From positions 11,381 to 75,380 of the IMG/VR virus record IMGVR_UViG_2974528942_000001: a stretch of 64,000 bases of DNA, one strand, 5' to 3'. Made by a program: the position numbers and the translations under genes. The DNA comes from a virus (Duplodnaviria > Caudoviricetes). Below, piece by piece: positions 55,141-62,751 of the stretch (position 1 is the stretch's first letter; each line of letters begins with the position of its first letter). Under the pieces are notes generated by a model. The model did no database searches. It was not told the DNA's origin and was given only the letters and a program-made list of their open reading frames with translations.

Positions 55141-56687
55141 CAGCGCTCCTTCATCTTCTGATCCACGATGTCGAGGATGGTTGCCTTCTGCTGGGGCTCG
55201 AGGTAGTCAGCCACCGCCAACTGGTAGGCGCGTGGCATCTCGAACCACTTGGTTGCACGTGCCACCTTGATCTGCGGGCGGATGCCCCACGTGACTGCGA
55301 GTGTCTGGTCCTCGGACATGGACCGCAGCGCCTCGGCGATCTTCATGATCTTGTTCAGCGTGTTCTCGCTGATGTCGTAGTCGTCGAGCTTGCACCGAGC
55401 CTTGATGATCTCACGCTCGAGCTCGGGCTCGGGCAGCGTGACGAACAGGTGCATGAGGCGTGAGCCGTCGGCGTCACCGAGGACTGCGGCACCCACGTTG
55501 CGAGGATCCCAGGCGGGGTTCATCGCCATGCCGAGGAAGGCGAACGAGTTCCGCTGAATGATCTCACCCTTGTTCGCACCGATGGCGAGCTGCTTGCTGT
55601 TGTCGGTGAGCGGGCGGATGAACTGCCACACTGCGGACGGTCCGACGTTGGGCTCGTCCAGGAGGATGACACCCGGCTTGTTCCAGCGGCTTGATACCTG
55701 GCCATACTGGAACACGGTCTCGTTGTTCTCGAACAGCAGCTTGCCCTCGAGATCGTCACGCTCGCTGTCCTCGGTGATCGAGATGCGAGTGAACGGGAGC
55801 TGCATCAGCCACGCCATGTGCCTGAACAACTCCGTCTTGCCCGTGCCCGCTTCACCATGCAGTGCGGGAGTCTCGTCGAGCTCCATCCACAAGCAGGCGA
55901 TGACGTAGACCAGGCCCATGTGGTCGACGTAGTTCTCGGGATGCTCGTCCGACCCAGTAACCGGGATGAGCGCTCGCTCTTCCGGAGTGAAATGCTCTGG
56001 ATCGAAGATGGGTAGGTAGACCGGCGCGCGCGGCCCGTCGATGCGCCGCCACGCCCGGATGCCAATGGCCGATTGCTGCGGGGTGACGTCCCGATCGCTC
56101 GTGTATTGGGCCGGATCGGTGTCGGTGTCTACCCCGCCGTATCCCGATGAAGCAACGCCGTTGTTCAGTTCGATGAACTTACCGAGCAACGGGTCGAGGT
56201 TGAACGTACTCATCAACGACTCGATGTGCTGACCTGTGTTCGAGGCGTTGATCCGGGTAGCAGCGGTGCACTTCTTCGCAACCGCACTGGCACGTGGCTC
56301 GGGCACGAGGTTACCGAACTTGGTGCACAGTGGCATGTTCATGCCGACCAACTCAATGGACTTGGATGCGGGTGCGAGGTAGTGGCACGACCGGCACGAG
56401 TTGCATGCCGAGTGTGACTTCGGCGCCTCGGGTGCGCCGAACCCGATCTTGAGTGTGACCTTGCCGTTGGACTTGGCATACGGCTTGCCGTAGTCAGGGC
56501 AGGTGGTGGCGTGCTCTGCGAACGACTGCTCGCACGCTGCCGCCCTCATGTCCGGGGTGGACAGCACCTTGCCTAGGCGGGCACACGATGCTGCGCCGGT
56601 GACCTTGCCATACAGGTGGGACTGTACGGAGTGGTCACCCTCGCCGACGAACGACGGACAGTTGATACAGGTTGGGTTGGTGTTCAT
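55140..56687 (-). CDS. MoxR-family AAA+ ATPase (CbbQ/NirQ/CobS-like) with Cys-rich N-terminus
   Basis: Walker A GEAGTGKT, Walker B LLDEPN, AMNP sensor, DGSRL. Confidence 0.9.
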   Translation of the reverse strand: MNTNPTCINCPSFVGEGDHSVQSHLYGKVTGAASCARLGKVLSTPDMRAAACEQSFAEHATTCPDYGKPYAKSNGKVTLKIGFGAPEAPKSHSACNSCRSCHYLAPASKSIELVGMNMPLCTKFGNLVPEPRASAVAKKCTAATRINASNTGQHIESLMSTFNLDPLLGKFIELNNGVASSGYGGVDTDTDPAQYTSDRDVTPQQSAIGIRAWRRIDGPRAPVYLPIFDPEHFTPEERALIPVTGSDEHPENYVDHMGLVYVIACLWMELDETPALHGEAGTGKTELFRHMAWLMQLPFTRISITEDSERDDLEGKLLFENNETVFQYGQVSSRWNKPGVILLDEPNVGPSAVWQFIRPLTDNSKQLAIGANKGEIIQRNSFAFLGMAMNPAWDPRNVGAAVLGDADGSRLMHLFVTLPEPELEREIIKARCKLDDYDISENTLNKIMKIAEALRSMSEDQTLAVTWGIRPQIKVARATKWFEMPRAYQLAVADYLEPQQKATILDIVDQKMKER

Positions 56688-56724
56688 GCCTCCCTCTCGG
56701 TGATTCATTGGCTTGGTTCAGCAT

Positions 56725-56756
56725 ACATGGTACCACGGCGTGTGGTACCATGTCAA
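56725..56756 (-). promoter_or_regulatory. SigA-type promoter TTGACA-18-TGG.TACCAT inside a perfect 12-bp inverted repeat
   Basis: ACATGGTACCAC-GGCGT-GTGGTACCATGT at 56725-56753. Confidence 0.85.
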
Positions 56757-57367
56757 ACTACGAAAGCAGGCGGGCGACCGTCGGCCTGTAGCTCCGCGAA
56801 GTGCTTGTCACACAGCGGGCCAGGTCGATACTCGCCTAGCCTGTACATCTTGTTTGCCATGGGCAGGCCGGCCAGGTTGATGGCGCTTCCGATCGGGGTG
56901 ATCTCGGCTGCCGTGCGTACGCACTGGACGCAGACGCGGGCACTGTGCTGGATCATCCACCCGTGCATCTTCTCGGCAGCGAACAGCGGGTTCGGGATCA
57001 GCTCGTATCCGTTGTTGAGTTTGCGCAGGATGCGGGCGACTCGATCGACGGCGACGTAGAAGTCCATCCCGAACATCTCGTCTTGGAACAGGACGGTGAC
57101 CGGCACGACAGGCTGTTCGTACTTGTTGTCCGGGTCGGTGTTGTAGATGGCGGCACACAGGTTGGTGTTGTTCTCGTCCCATGCGATGTGGTCTGAGAAG
57201 ATTCTCGACAGCCACTTGTAATGGCTGCGCGTGTAGTTGGCCTCGACCTGTGACCACGTCGGGTCTTCGGTCATGCCTTCGAGGCGTAGCTCCAGGCGGG
57301 CGGGTAGTTCCCACTCACCTGATGCTGCGGGGTCGAACACTTCTGCGGCGACGATCTCGATACTCAT
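56753..57367 (-). CDS. Hypothetical protein (204 aa) with C-terminal CxxC...CxxH
   Basis: TAATG overlap. Confidence 0.7.
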   Translation of the reverse strand: MSIEIVAAEVFDPAASGEWELPARLELRLEGMTEDPTWSQVEANYTRSHYKWLSRIFSDHIAWDENNTNLCAAIYNTDPDNKYEQPVVPVTVLFQDEMFGMDFYVAVDRVARILRKLNNGYELIPNPLFAAEKMHGWMIQHSARVCVQCVRTAAEITPIGSAINLAGLPMANKMYRLGEYRPGPLCDKHFAELQADGRPPAFVV

Positions 57368-57825
57368 TAGTCGCAGGCACCCTCGAGCTGGGCGATGCGC
57401 GTCTGCGCTGACCCGATGTCGATGTAAGCATTGTTCATCTCGTTCTCCACTCTCCAGAAGTTGCGCTTGAGTGCAACGCCGTCGTTCGGATTCTGCGTAC
57501 CGATGTTGGCCTTGATCTGCCGCACCATCACGGTGAGGTCAGCCTTCGTTGCGCTCAGTGCATCGGTCGCTGCGTTCAGGTCATTCACTGCACGTATGAG
57601 ATAGCCGCACTCCTTTGTCTGTTGCTTCTCCACTGTCTTGGTGATGGTGTGTACCTGTGGATCGGGAACGAAGATCACTTGCTCTTCGGTCACGGTCTCG
57701 GTCTCGACAGTTGGATCAGTCCACGCTGCGCACAGCCACCAACCTAGTAGCACGAGGCATAGGATCTTAATGCCTCGTGCTATCCAAGCGGTGTGTGCGT
57801 AGTGCCTGCGGTACTTGTGCTTCAT
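57367..57825 (-). CDS. Membrane-anchored coiled-coil protein
   Basis: N-terminal TM, TETVT stalk, helical C-terminus with Cys. Confidence 0.7.
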   Translation of the reverse strand: MKHKYRRHYAHTAWIARGIKILCLVLLGWWLCAAWTDPTVETETVTEEQVIFVPDPQVHTITKTVEKQQTKECGYLIRAVNDLNAATDALSATKADLTVMVRQIKANIGTQNPNDGVALKRNFWRVENEMNNAYIDIGSAQTRIAQLEGACD

Positions 57826-57828
57826 GCC

Positions 57829-58629
57829 TCAGTCCTGTTCGGCTCCCGGCACGAACGGTCCCTTGTTGCTGTTGACCCAGCCGATGACATCGGGCCGAGC
57901 CTTCTCGCACTCGGGTCCGATGCCGTAGTGCCTGGATCGTGCGTCGGTGAGGTTGGTGCCGCAACTGCAGCACCGATGCTCACGCTCGGCGAAGCGATGC
58001 GCTGCACCTTGGGGGTCGACGAACACCTGTGCCCAGGCCTCGGGCAGTATGGTGCCCTTGTAGCTGTTGCTGTACTGGGATACCTGACCACTCGGCCAAT
58101 AGACGGTGTGCCTGTTCCAGTCCTCGGCGATGCGGTGCTGCAGCACGGTGGCCCCGGCCATTCGTGTGTTCTTTGCGTCGGACTTGTGTGATGTCTTGCG
58201 GAGGAAGATGGTCTCGGTGTTGTCGTCAGCGGTGATGGCGTATCGCCCGTCGGTGATCTGACTGACCATCATCAGTGGCAGCGGGTCGTACACCTTCTGC
58301 ACTGCGGGTTCGGGCTCGACTTCCTCGGCGGCCACTTCCTCCACCACTGGCGTGGGCTGTGGTTTGGGAGGGGGTGCTGCCTTCGGGATGGTGCCCAACA
58401 TGCTGATGAGGTTCGATGCCTGCCACCCGAGGGCGGGCTTGTCGTAATCCACGTTGCGCTCGTCTGCCATCCGCTCGATGGCTGCAAGCTGGCGCTGAGT
58501 AGCGGGTCGGCGATGCCAGTCACGCATGGAGACGGGCGGCTTGCCGAATCCCAGCGTGATGCGAGTTGGGCTGGTGACCTCCACCTTCCCGTCGCCCAAG
58601 CAGTGCGGGCACACCTCGTAGTTGGTCAT
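57829..58629 (-). CDS. Hypothetical protein with DUF6011-like C-terminal Zn site
   Basis: CPHCLGDG; RPATQRQL; CCSCGTNLTD..SRHYGIGPEC. Confidence 0.7.
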   Translation of the reverse strand: MTNYEVCPHCLGDGKVEVTSPTRITLGFGKPPVSMRDWHRRPATQRQLAAIERMADERNVDYDKPALGWQASNLISMLGTIPKAAPPPKPQPTPVVEEVAAEEVEPEPAVQKVYDPLPLMMVSQITDGRYAITADDNTETIFLRKTSHKSDAKNTRMAGATVLQHRIAEDWNRHTVYWPSGQVSQYSNSYKGTILPEAWAQVFVDPQGAAHRFAEREHRCCSCGTNLTDARSRHYGIGPECEKARPDVIGWVNSNKGPFVPGAEQD

Positions 58630-58673
58630 GATCAGGTACTCCTTTCGGTAGTGCCTTGTTGGTGGGGCTGTGA

Positions 58674-59282
58674 TCAGACCCCGTGGTATGAGCGGTGCGC
58701 AGCCTCGATGTCTGCGTCGGTGATCTTGGTGTTCACGTCACCGAACTGCATGTAGTCGATGACACTGCCGGTGACGATCAGGCTCAGCACCATGGCACGC
58801 AGCTCGGCCAGGGTGTTGGAGATGCTGGTAAGCATGTCCCACTCGCTGTCGCTCATTTCGTACATGCCCAGAGCCATGCGTGCCTGCTCCCCGACGCTGC
58901 TCGTGAGCACGTCGCCGATCGGGACGGCGGACAGGCTGATCTCATCGGCGATCCCGTCGTTGTTCAGTGCCTGGAGTGTCACGTCGGTGAGTGTGAAGTC
59001 AGATGCAAGTACGAACTCGCGATCGACGTCACCGCTGTAGACCACGCGCTTGTGCATGCCCGAGATGTACAGCGCCCACCCGGCGAAGCACATGGCAGTC
59101 TTGCATCCGTGCTGCTTGAGCTCGTCGAGGTCGACGATGGCCCTGCCATCGAGGCCGGTCCGCTTGTTGAGCTCCAACTGCATCTCGTCAGTGATCCACA
59201 TGCTGGTCCACGTGGACTGATCCCAGTCCTCAGGGTGGTCGACGATGGTGTTGTATGTCTTGACCAACAGGTCATTGTTCAT
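58674..59282 (-). CDS. Hypothetical protein (202 aa)
   Basis: WDQSTW, CKTAMCFAGWA; GAGGAGG RBS. Confidence 0.7.
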   Translation of the reverse strand: MNNDLLVKTYNTIVDHPEDWDQSTWTSMWITDEMQLELNKRTGLDGRAIVDLDELKQHGCKTAMCFAGWALYISGMHKRVVYSGDVDREFVLASDFTLTDVTLQALNNDGIADEISLSAVPIGDVLTSSVGEQARMALGMYEMSDSEWDMLTSISNTLAELRAMVLSLIVTGSVIDYMQFGDVNTKITDADIEAAHRSYHGV

Positions 59283-59590
59283 TCTTCCTCCTCGTTGTGC
59301 ATGATGCGCAGTGCTTTCTCAAACATCTCGGTTGCGATGTGTTCGACCTGGCCGGACCAATAAGTGTGCGACAGGTGGCCTGTGACTGTGTAGTACCGCA
59401 GTGTGCCTTCGACCATCCATGTCACCGAGATGGATGCGTCTGTTGCATTCACCGTGGCATAGAGGCCGTTGCGCTCTATGCCTGACAGGCCAGCGGCTAG
59501 CATCTCGAATGTCTGTCTCCAGATACTCGTGCGTTCGGACGCCTTTAGTATCTGACTACCACTAGCTGCGCTCGGTGGTGGTCTAGTCAT
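59279..59590 (-). CDS. Hypothetical protein (103 aa)
   Basis: Coupled; start uncertain. Confidence 0.55.
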   Translation of the reverse strand: MTRPPPSAASGSQILKASERTSIWRQTFEMLAAGLSGIERNGLYATVNATDASISVTWMVEGTLRYYTVTGHLSHTYWSGQVEHIATEMFEKALRIMHNEEEE

Positions 59591-59696
59591 CTTCCCACTC
59601 GCGCATGTCGCACACCAGTGCGGTCGCGAGGATGACAGCGACAACGAGGATCGTGAGTATCACTGCTACCTGCAGTGCGTGCAGCCAGGGGTTCAT
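59583..59696 (-). CDS. Small membrane protein (37 aa)
   Basis: MNPWLHALQVAVILTILVVAVILATALVC; ATGA overlap. Confidence 0.55.
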   Translation of the reverse strand: MNPWLHALQVAVILTILVVAVILATALVCDMREWEDD

Positions 59697-60001
59697 CGCA
59701 TGAGCTCCCGTCGTCGGACCTCGGCGAGCAACTGCTCGTCGGTCGCCTCGCGCAGCGATAGCTCCACGCCCGCTGCACGAATGGACTTGATGTTGCCTCT
59801 GCGCATGCGGTTCTCCCAGGCGCGATTGAGTAGTACCGCTGCCGGGAACGCCTGCTGTTGGATGGCATCGACGCAGGCCAGTCGAAACATCTCGGCCCAG
59901 TCGAGGTCGGGGTTGGCTTGCACCAGTGTGTTGATCTCGTGGCGGTCATCCCGCTTGGCCGCCGACACGAGGGCGGCGAGGATCTTGTTACGTTCGGACA
60001 T
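59693..60001 (-). CDS. Helical hypothetical protein (102 aa)
   Basis: GAAGG RBS. Confidence 0.7.
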   Translation of the reverse strand: MSERNKILAALVSAAKRDDRHEINTLVQANPDLDWAEMFRLACVDAIQQQAFPAAVLLNRAWENRMRRGNIKSIRAAGVELSLREATDEQLLAEVRRRELMR

Positions 60002-60033
60002 GAGGGTTACCTTCTTGTCTGAGTTGTTCGGGT

Positions 60034-60357
60034 CTAGCGGAGGATCTCCGTGCGCAGGGGTGTCGCATCCACGTACAGGTGACGCGCAGCGTCTGCGTAG
60101 TAGGGCTGGTCAGCGATGAACACGCTGCGTGTGATGACCACGGTCAGCTGATCCGAAGCAATGTTCACCTCGGTGACCACGGCTCCGATGCCGTGCCAGG
60201 GATGAAGGACTGCAGCGAAGGTGGCAACGTCCACCTCGTTGGGGTCCTCGCCGGAGTTGTGTTCTCCGACTCGACCGAGGTACTCGTCGTACACCTGCGT
60301 GTGCCAGGATGTCCACTGGTTGAGGTCACCAACCTTGAGTACTTCCATGTGTGCCAT
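60034..60357 (-). CDS. Hypothetical protein (107 aa)
   Basis: GAAAGGGG start-associated sequence. Confidence 0.7.
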   Translation of the reverse strand: MAHMEVLKVGDLNQWTSWHTQVYDEYLGRVGEHNSGEDPNEVDVATFAAVLHPWHGIGAVVTEVNIASDQLTVVITRSVFIADQPYYADAARHLYVDATPLRTEILR

Positions 60358-60387
60358 ACTTGCCATCCCCTTTCGGTGGTTGGTTGT

Positions 60388-60555
60388 TCAGTCTGTGGAC
60401 TGCTTGCGGATGCCCAGCAGGCGCTCGTGCCTGATGTCGGCTACACGCTTGGCCTCGACCTCGGCGACATGACGCTGTTCGTCGAGGTCATCCTGCAGGG
60501 TGGCGAGCTGATGGTCGGTGAGTCGATTGAGCTCACGCTTGCTGCGAGGTGGCAT
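60388..60555 (-). CDS. Small coiled-coil protein (55 aa)
   Basis: GAAAGGGG start-associated sequence; MPPRSKRELNRL... Confidence 0.65.
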   Translation of the reverse strand: MPPRSKRELNRLTDHQLATLQDDLDEQRHVAEVEAKRVADIRHERLLGIRKQSTD

Positions 60556-60588
60556 ACTACCATCCCCTTTCTGGTGGTTGGTTGGAAG

Positions 60589-60630
60589 AGCGATGACCGG
60601 GCAGCATCCCCTGCGTGCCCGGTCATCGCT
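60589..60630 (-). terminator. 15-bp perfect hairpin
   Basis: AGCGATGACCGGGCA / TGCCCGGTCATCGCT; short TCTT tail on the minus strand. Confidence 0.6.
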
Positions 60631-60691
60631 GCTGTGGGTGGGCAGGACTCGCACCTGCCTGTGTGCTACTCACCCTCCCTTGCTGGGTAGA

Positions 60692-61630
60692 TCAGACCGC
60701 GATCGCACCCTTCACGCCCTGGCCGTCGGTGGCGGGGCGGAGGTTGGTCCACTCCCGATCCTTGCCCGACTTGGGGAACAGTGCGGCGGCGACTGCACCC
60801 GAGCTCGGGTTGTCGTCGCCGTACTCCTCGGAGACGTGCTTGGTGATGTCCACGATCTTGAGGAACGTGCCCGACTCGAGTCCCTCGAACGCCGACTCGA
60901 TGTGCTTGGCGACGCTGCGACGCGGCCCGTCGTAGCTCGAGACTCGGGTGCCGCCGCCGGACTTGCGAGCCTTCTTGGCCTTCTTGCCCTTGATGATGGC
61001 CAGCGCCACGGTCGCGACGTCACCGAGCTCGGGCTTGTCGTCCTCGTCGCGGTCCTCGGTGCCTTCCCAGTCGAGGTAGTTCGAGAGTTCCTCGAACGCG
61101 GTCTCGGTGTCGGGCACTTCGTAACCCTCGGCGTCGGTCGGCACGTTCTCGCGCAGGTAGTCGAGCGCGGTCTCGTGAGCCGCGACGAGCTTGCCGTACT
61201 CCTCCTTGGGGTCGACGGTGACAGCGGGTTCGGCGCTGGCCGAGCCGGCCTGGATCAGCTCGTTGATCGCGTTGAGGGTGACCGCGTTCGGGAAGCGGGC
61301 CTCGTTGATCGCGTTGCTGATCTCGTTCTGCAGCCACTTCTTGCCGAGGTTCTTGTACTTGATCCCGCCGGTGATCGCTCGGTAGGCGAGGACTGCGCCC
61401 TCGAGGAACGACTTGGCCGCGACTCCGGTGGCGTCGTCGGCCTCACGCAGCGCGACCTTGACCTGGTTCTCGAACTCGTCGATCGAGTCCTGGTGCGGAT
61501 CGGCCTCGGTCTCGGGGGTCTCGGTCGGCTCGGTGCCGGGAGCCGGGGCCTGCGCCTGCTCGGTCTCGACCTCGAACGCGGTCTCGTCGGTCTCGGTGTC
61601 GAAGTCGGTGTCGAAAACGTCTCGTGCCAT
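60692..61630 (-). CDS. Abundant acidic early protein (312 aa), possible C-terminal winged helix
   Basis: AAGGAGG RBS, extreme codon bias, D/E/T-rich N-terminus. Confidence 0.8.
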   Translation of the reverse strand: MARDVFDTDFDTETDETAFEVETEQAQAPAPGTEPTETPETEADPHQDSIDEFENQVKVALREADDATGVAAKSFLEGAVLAYRAITGGIKYKNLGKKWLQNEISNAINEARFPNAVTLNAINELIQAGSASAEPAVTVDPKEEYGKLVAAHETALDYLRENVPTDAEGYEVPDTETAFEELSNYLDWEGTEDRDEDDKPELGDVATVALAIIKGKKAKKARKSGGGTRVSSYDGPRRSVAKHIESAFEGLESGTFLKIVDITKHVSEEYGDDNPSSGAVAAALFPKSGKDREWTNLRPATDGQGVKGAIAV

Positions 61631-61674
61631 GATGGTGCCTCCTTGGTTGGGGGTGATTGGAACTTCTACTGGAT

Positions 61675-61704
61675 AGACTAGTTCAATGGTGGCACCATTG
61701 TCTA
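61675..61704 (-). promoter_or_regulatory. Promoter TAGACA-18-TAGTCT with spacer palindrome CAATGGTG-G-CACCATTG
   Basis: -35 at 61699-61704, -10 at 61675-61680; palindrome at 61684-61700. Confidence 0.7.
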
Positions 61705-61725
61705 GCCGTTGTGCGGGTTTGGTTG

Positions 61726-61741
61726 TGTGATGTAGGTCACA
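61726..61741. promoter_or_regulatory. Perfect CRP/GlxR-type site TGTGA-TGTAGG-TCACA
   Basis: Exact TGTGA-N6-TCACA with central TA; 21 bp upstream of the -35. Confidence 0.75.
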
Positions 61742-61770
61742 CAGCCGGGTTGGCCGTCGTGACCAGCCCC

Positions 61771-61809
61771 AGCCAGGGAGTTTGTATTGCTACAAACCCT
61801 TTCCTGGCT
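61771..61809 (-). terminator. Hairpin with GCAA tetraloop
   Basis: Minus strand AGCCAGG...GTTTGTA-GCAA-TACAAAC...CCTGGCT. Confidence 0.5.
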
Positions 61810-61826
61810 CGGACTCGGCACGCGGA

Positions 61827-62006
61827 CTAGATGAGCTGGTTCGGGGCCTTCGGTGCGGACCACAGCTCGGTCGGAGCGAACGCCAGGTCGAGCTGGGACT
61901 CGAGGATCCTGTCGAGCTCGCGCTGTTCGCGCTTGGTCGGCCGCCGGTACTTGGTTGTGCGGATGGTCTGGTCGTACTTGGACGTGTACTTGCGCGTGTG
62001 GGACAT
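61827..62006 (-). CDS. Small basic early protein (59 aa) with QLDLAF motif
   Basis: AGGAAGG RBS; below the 60-aa cutoff of the ORF track; phage-like codons. Confidence 0.7.
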   Translation of the reverse strand: MSHTRKYTSKYDQTIRTTKYRRPTKREQRELDRILESQLDLAFAPTELWSAPKAPNQLI

Positions 62007-62010
62007 GGTG

Positions 62011-62349
62011 TCAGGCCTTCCTGGCTAGTCGGAGGGTGTCCTCGAGGACCTTGGTGTAGATCTTGGCTGCCTGTGTGGCGAGGTAGGGCACTCGGGTGGC
62101 GTAGTGCAACTCCTGGACGTCGAGCGCTACGCATGCCACCTCGTACTCGAGTGAACTGCTGCTGCGCCATACTTCCACCGAGACCCAGCGGGACATGCTG
62201 GTCACGTCGACGTTGAGCCGGTAGGAACCGAGCTCGGCCTTGTCGGCGTCGAGGGAGCTGTCGTGAACAATCTCGATGAACTCCTCGAGTGCCTCGATGC
62301 AGCGGGCGATGGACTCGGGGCAGGTCGAGCCTGAGTAGATGGTGCGCAT
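62011..62349 (-). CDS. Hypothetical early protein (112 aa)
   Basis: GAAAG RBS; similar to its neighbour. Confidence 0.7.
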   Translation of the reverse strand: MRTIYSGSTCPESIARCIEALEEFIEIVHDSSLDADKAELGSYRLNVDVTSMSRWVSVEVWRSSSSLEYEVACVALDVQELHYATRVPYLATQAAKIYTKVLEDTLRLARKA

Positions 62350-62353
62350 GATC

Positions 62354-62656
62354 TTACCGGCTTTCTTGTGCGTTGTCGTAGAGTGCTGCGGCGATGTCGC
62401 CGAGCTTGGAGGTCGAGTCGTGCTTGACTACAGTCTCCATGAACCGCGAGATGTCGTCCCACTCATTCGAGCTCGAGAGCTTCTGCACCTTGACGTAGAA
62501 CCCTATGGTCGGCTCCGTCTCGAAGGGGTGCGCGTCTACGCGATAGTCTCCGACCAGGGGATCGGGATGGTTCTGATCGAGAGCCGTCATCTCGAGAGTG
62601 ATGAACTCGAGGGCTTCATCGAGCCATTGCGGACGTGTGGTGCTGTGGAACGACAT
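62354..62656 (-). CDS. Hypothetical early protein (100 aa)
   Basis: GAAAGG RBS; first gene under the 62.7-kb promoter. Confidence 0.7.
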   Translation of the reverse strand: MSFHSTTRPQWLDEALEFITLEMTALDQNHPDPLVGDYRVDAHPFETEPTIGFYVKVQKLSSSNEWDDISRFMETVVKHDSTSKLGDIAAALYDNAQESR

Positions 62657-62669
62657 GGTGATGCCTTTC

Positions 62670-62725
62670 TAGTTGCATGGTGCAACTATCTAGTTGAATG
62701 TTGCAATAGTTACGATCTGCAACTA
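62670..62725 (-). promoter_or_regulatory. Promoter TTGCAA-18-CACCAT overlaid by three 19-bp operator-like sites
   Basis: TAGTTGCATGGTGCAACTA (perfect IR), TAGTTGAATGTTGCAATAG, TAGTTACGATCTGCAACTA. Confidence 0.6.
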
Positions 62726-62751
62726 TCGAGATCAGTATTGTGGACTACGTC

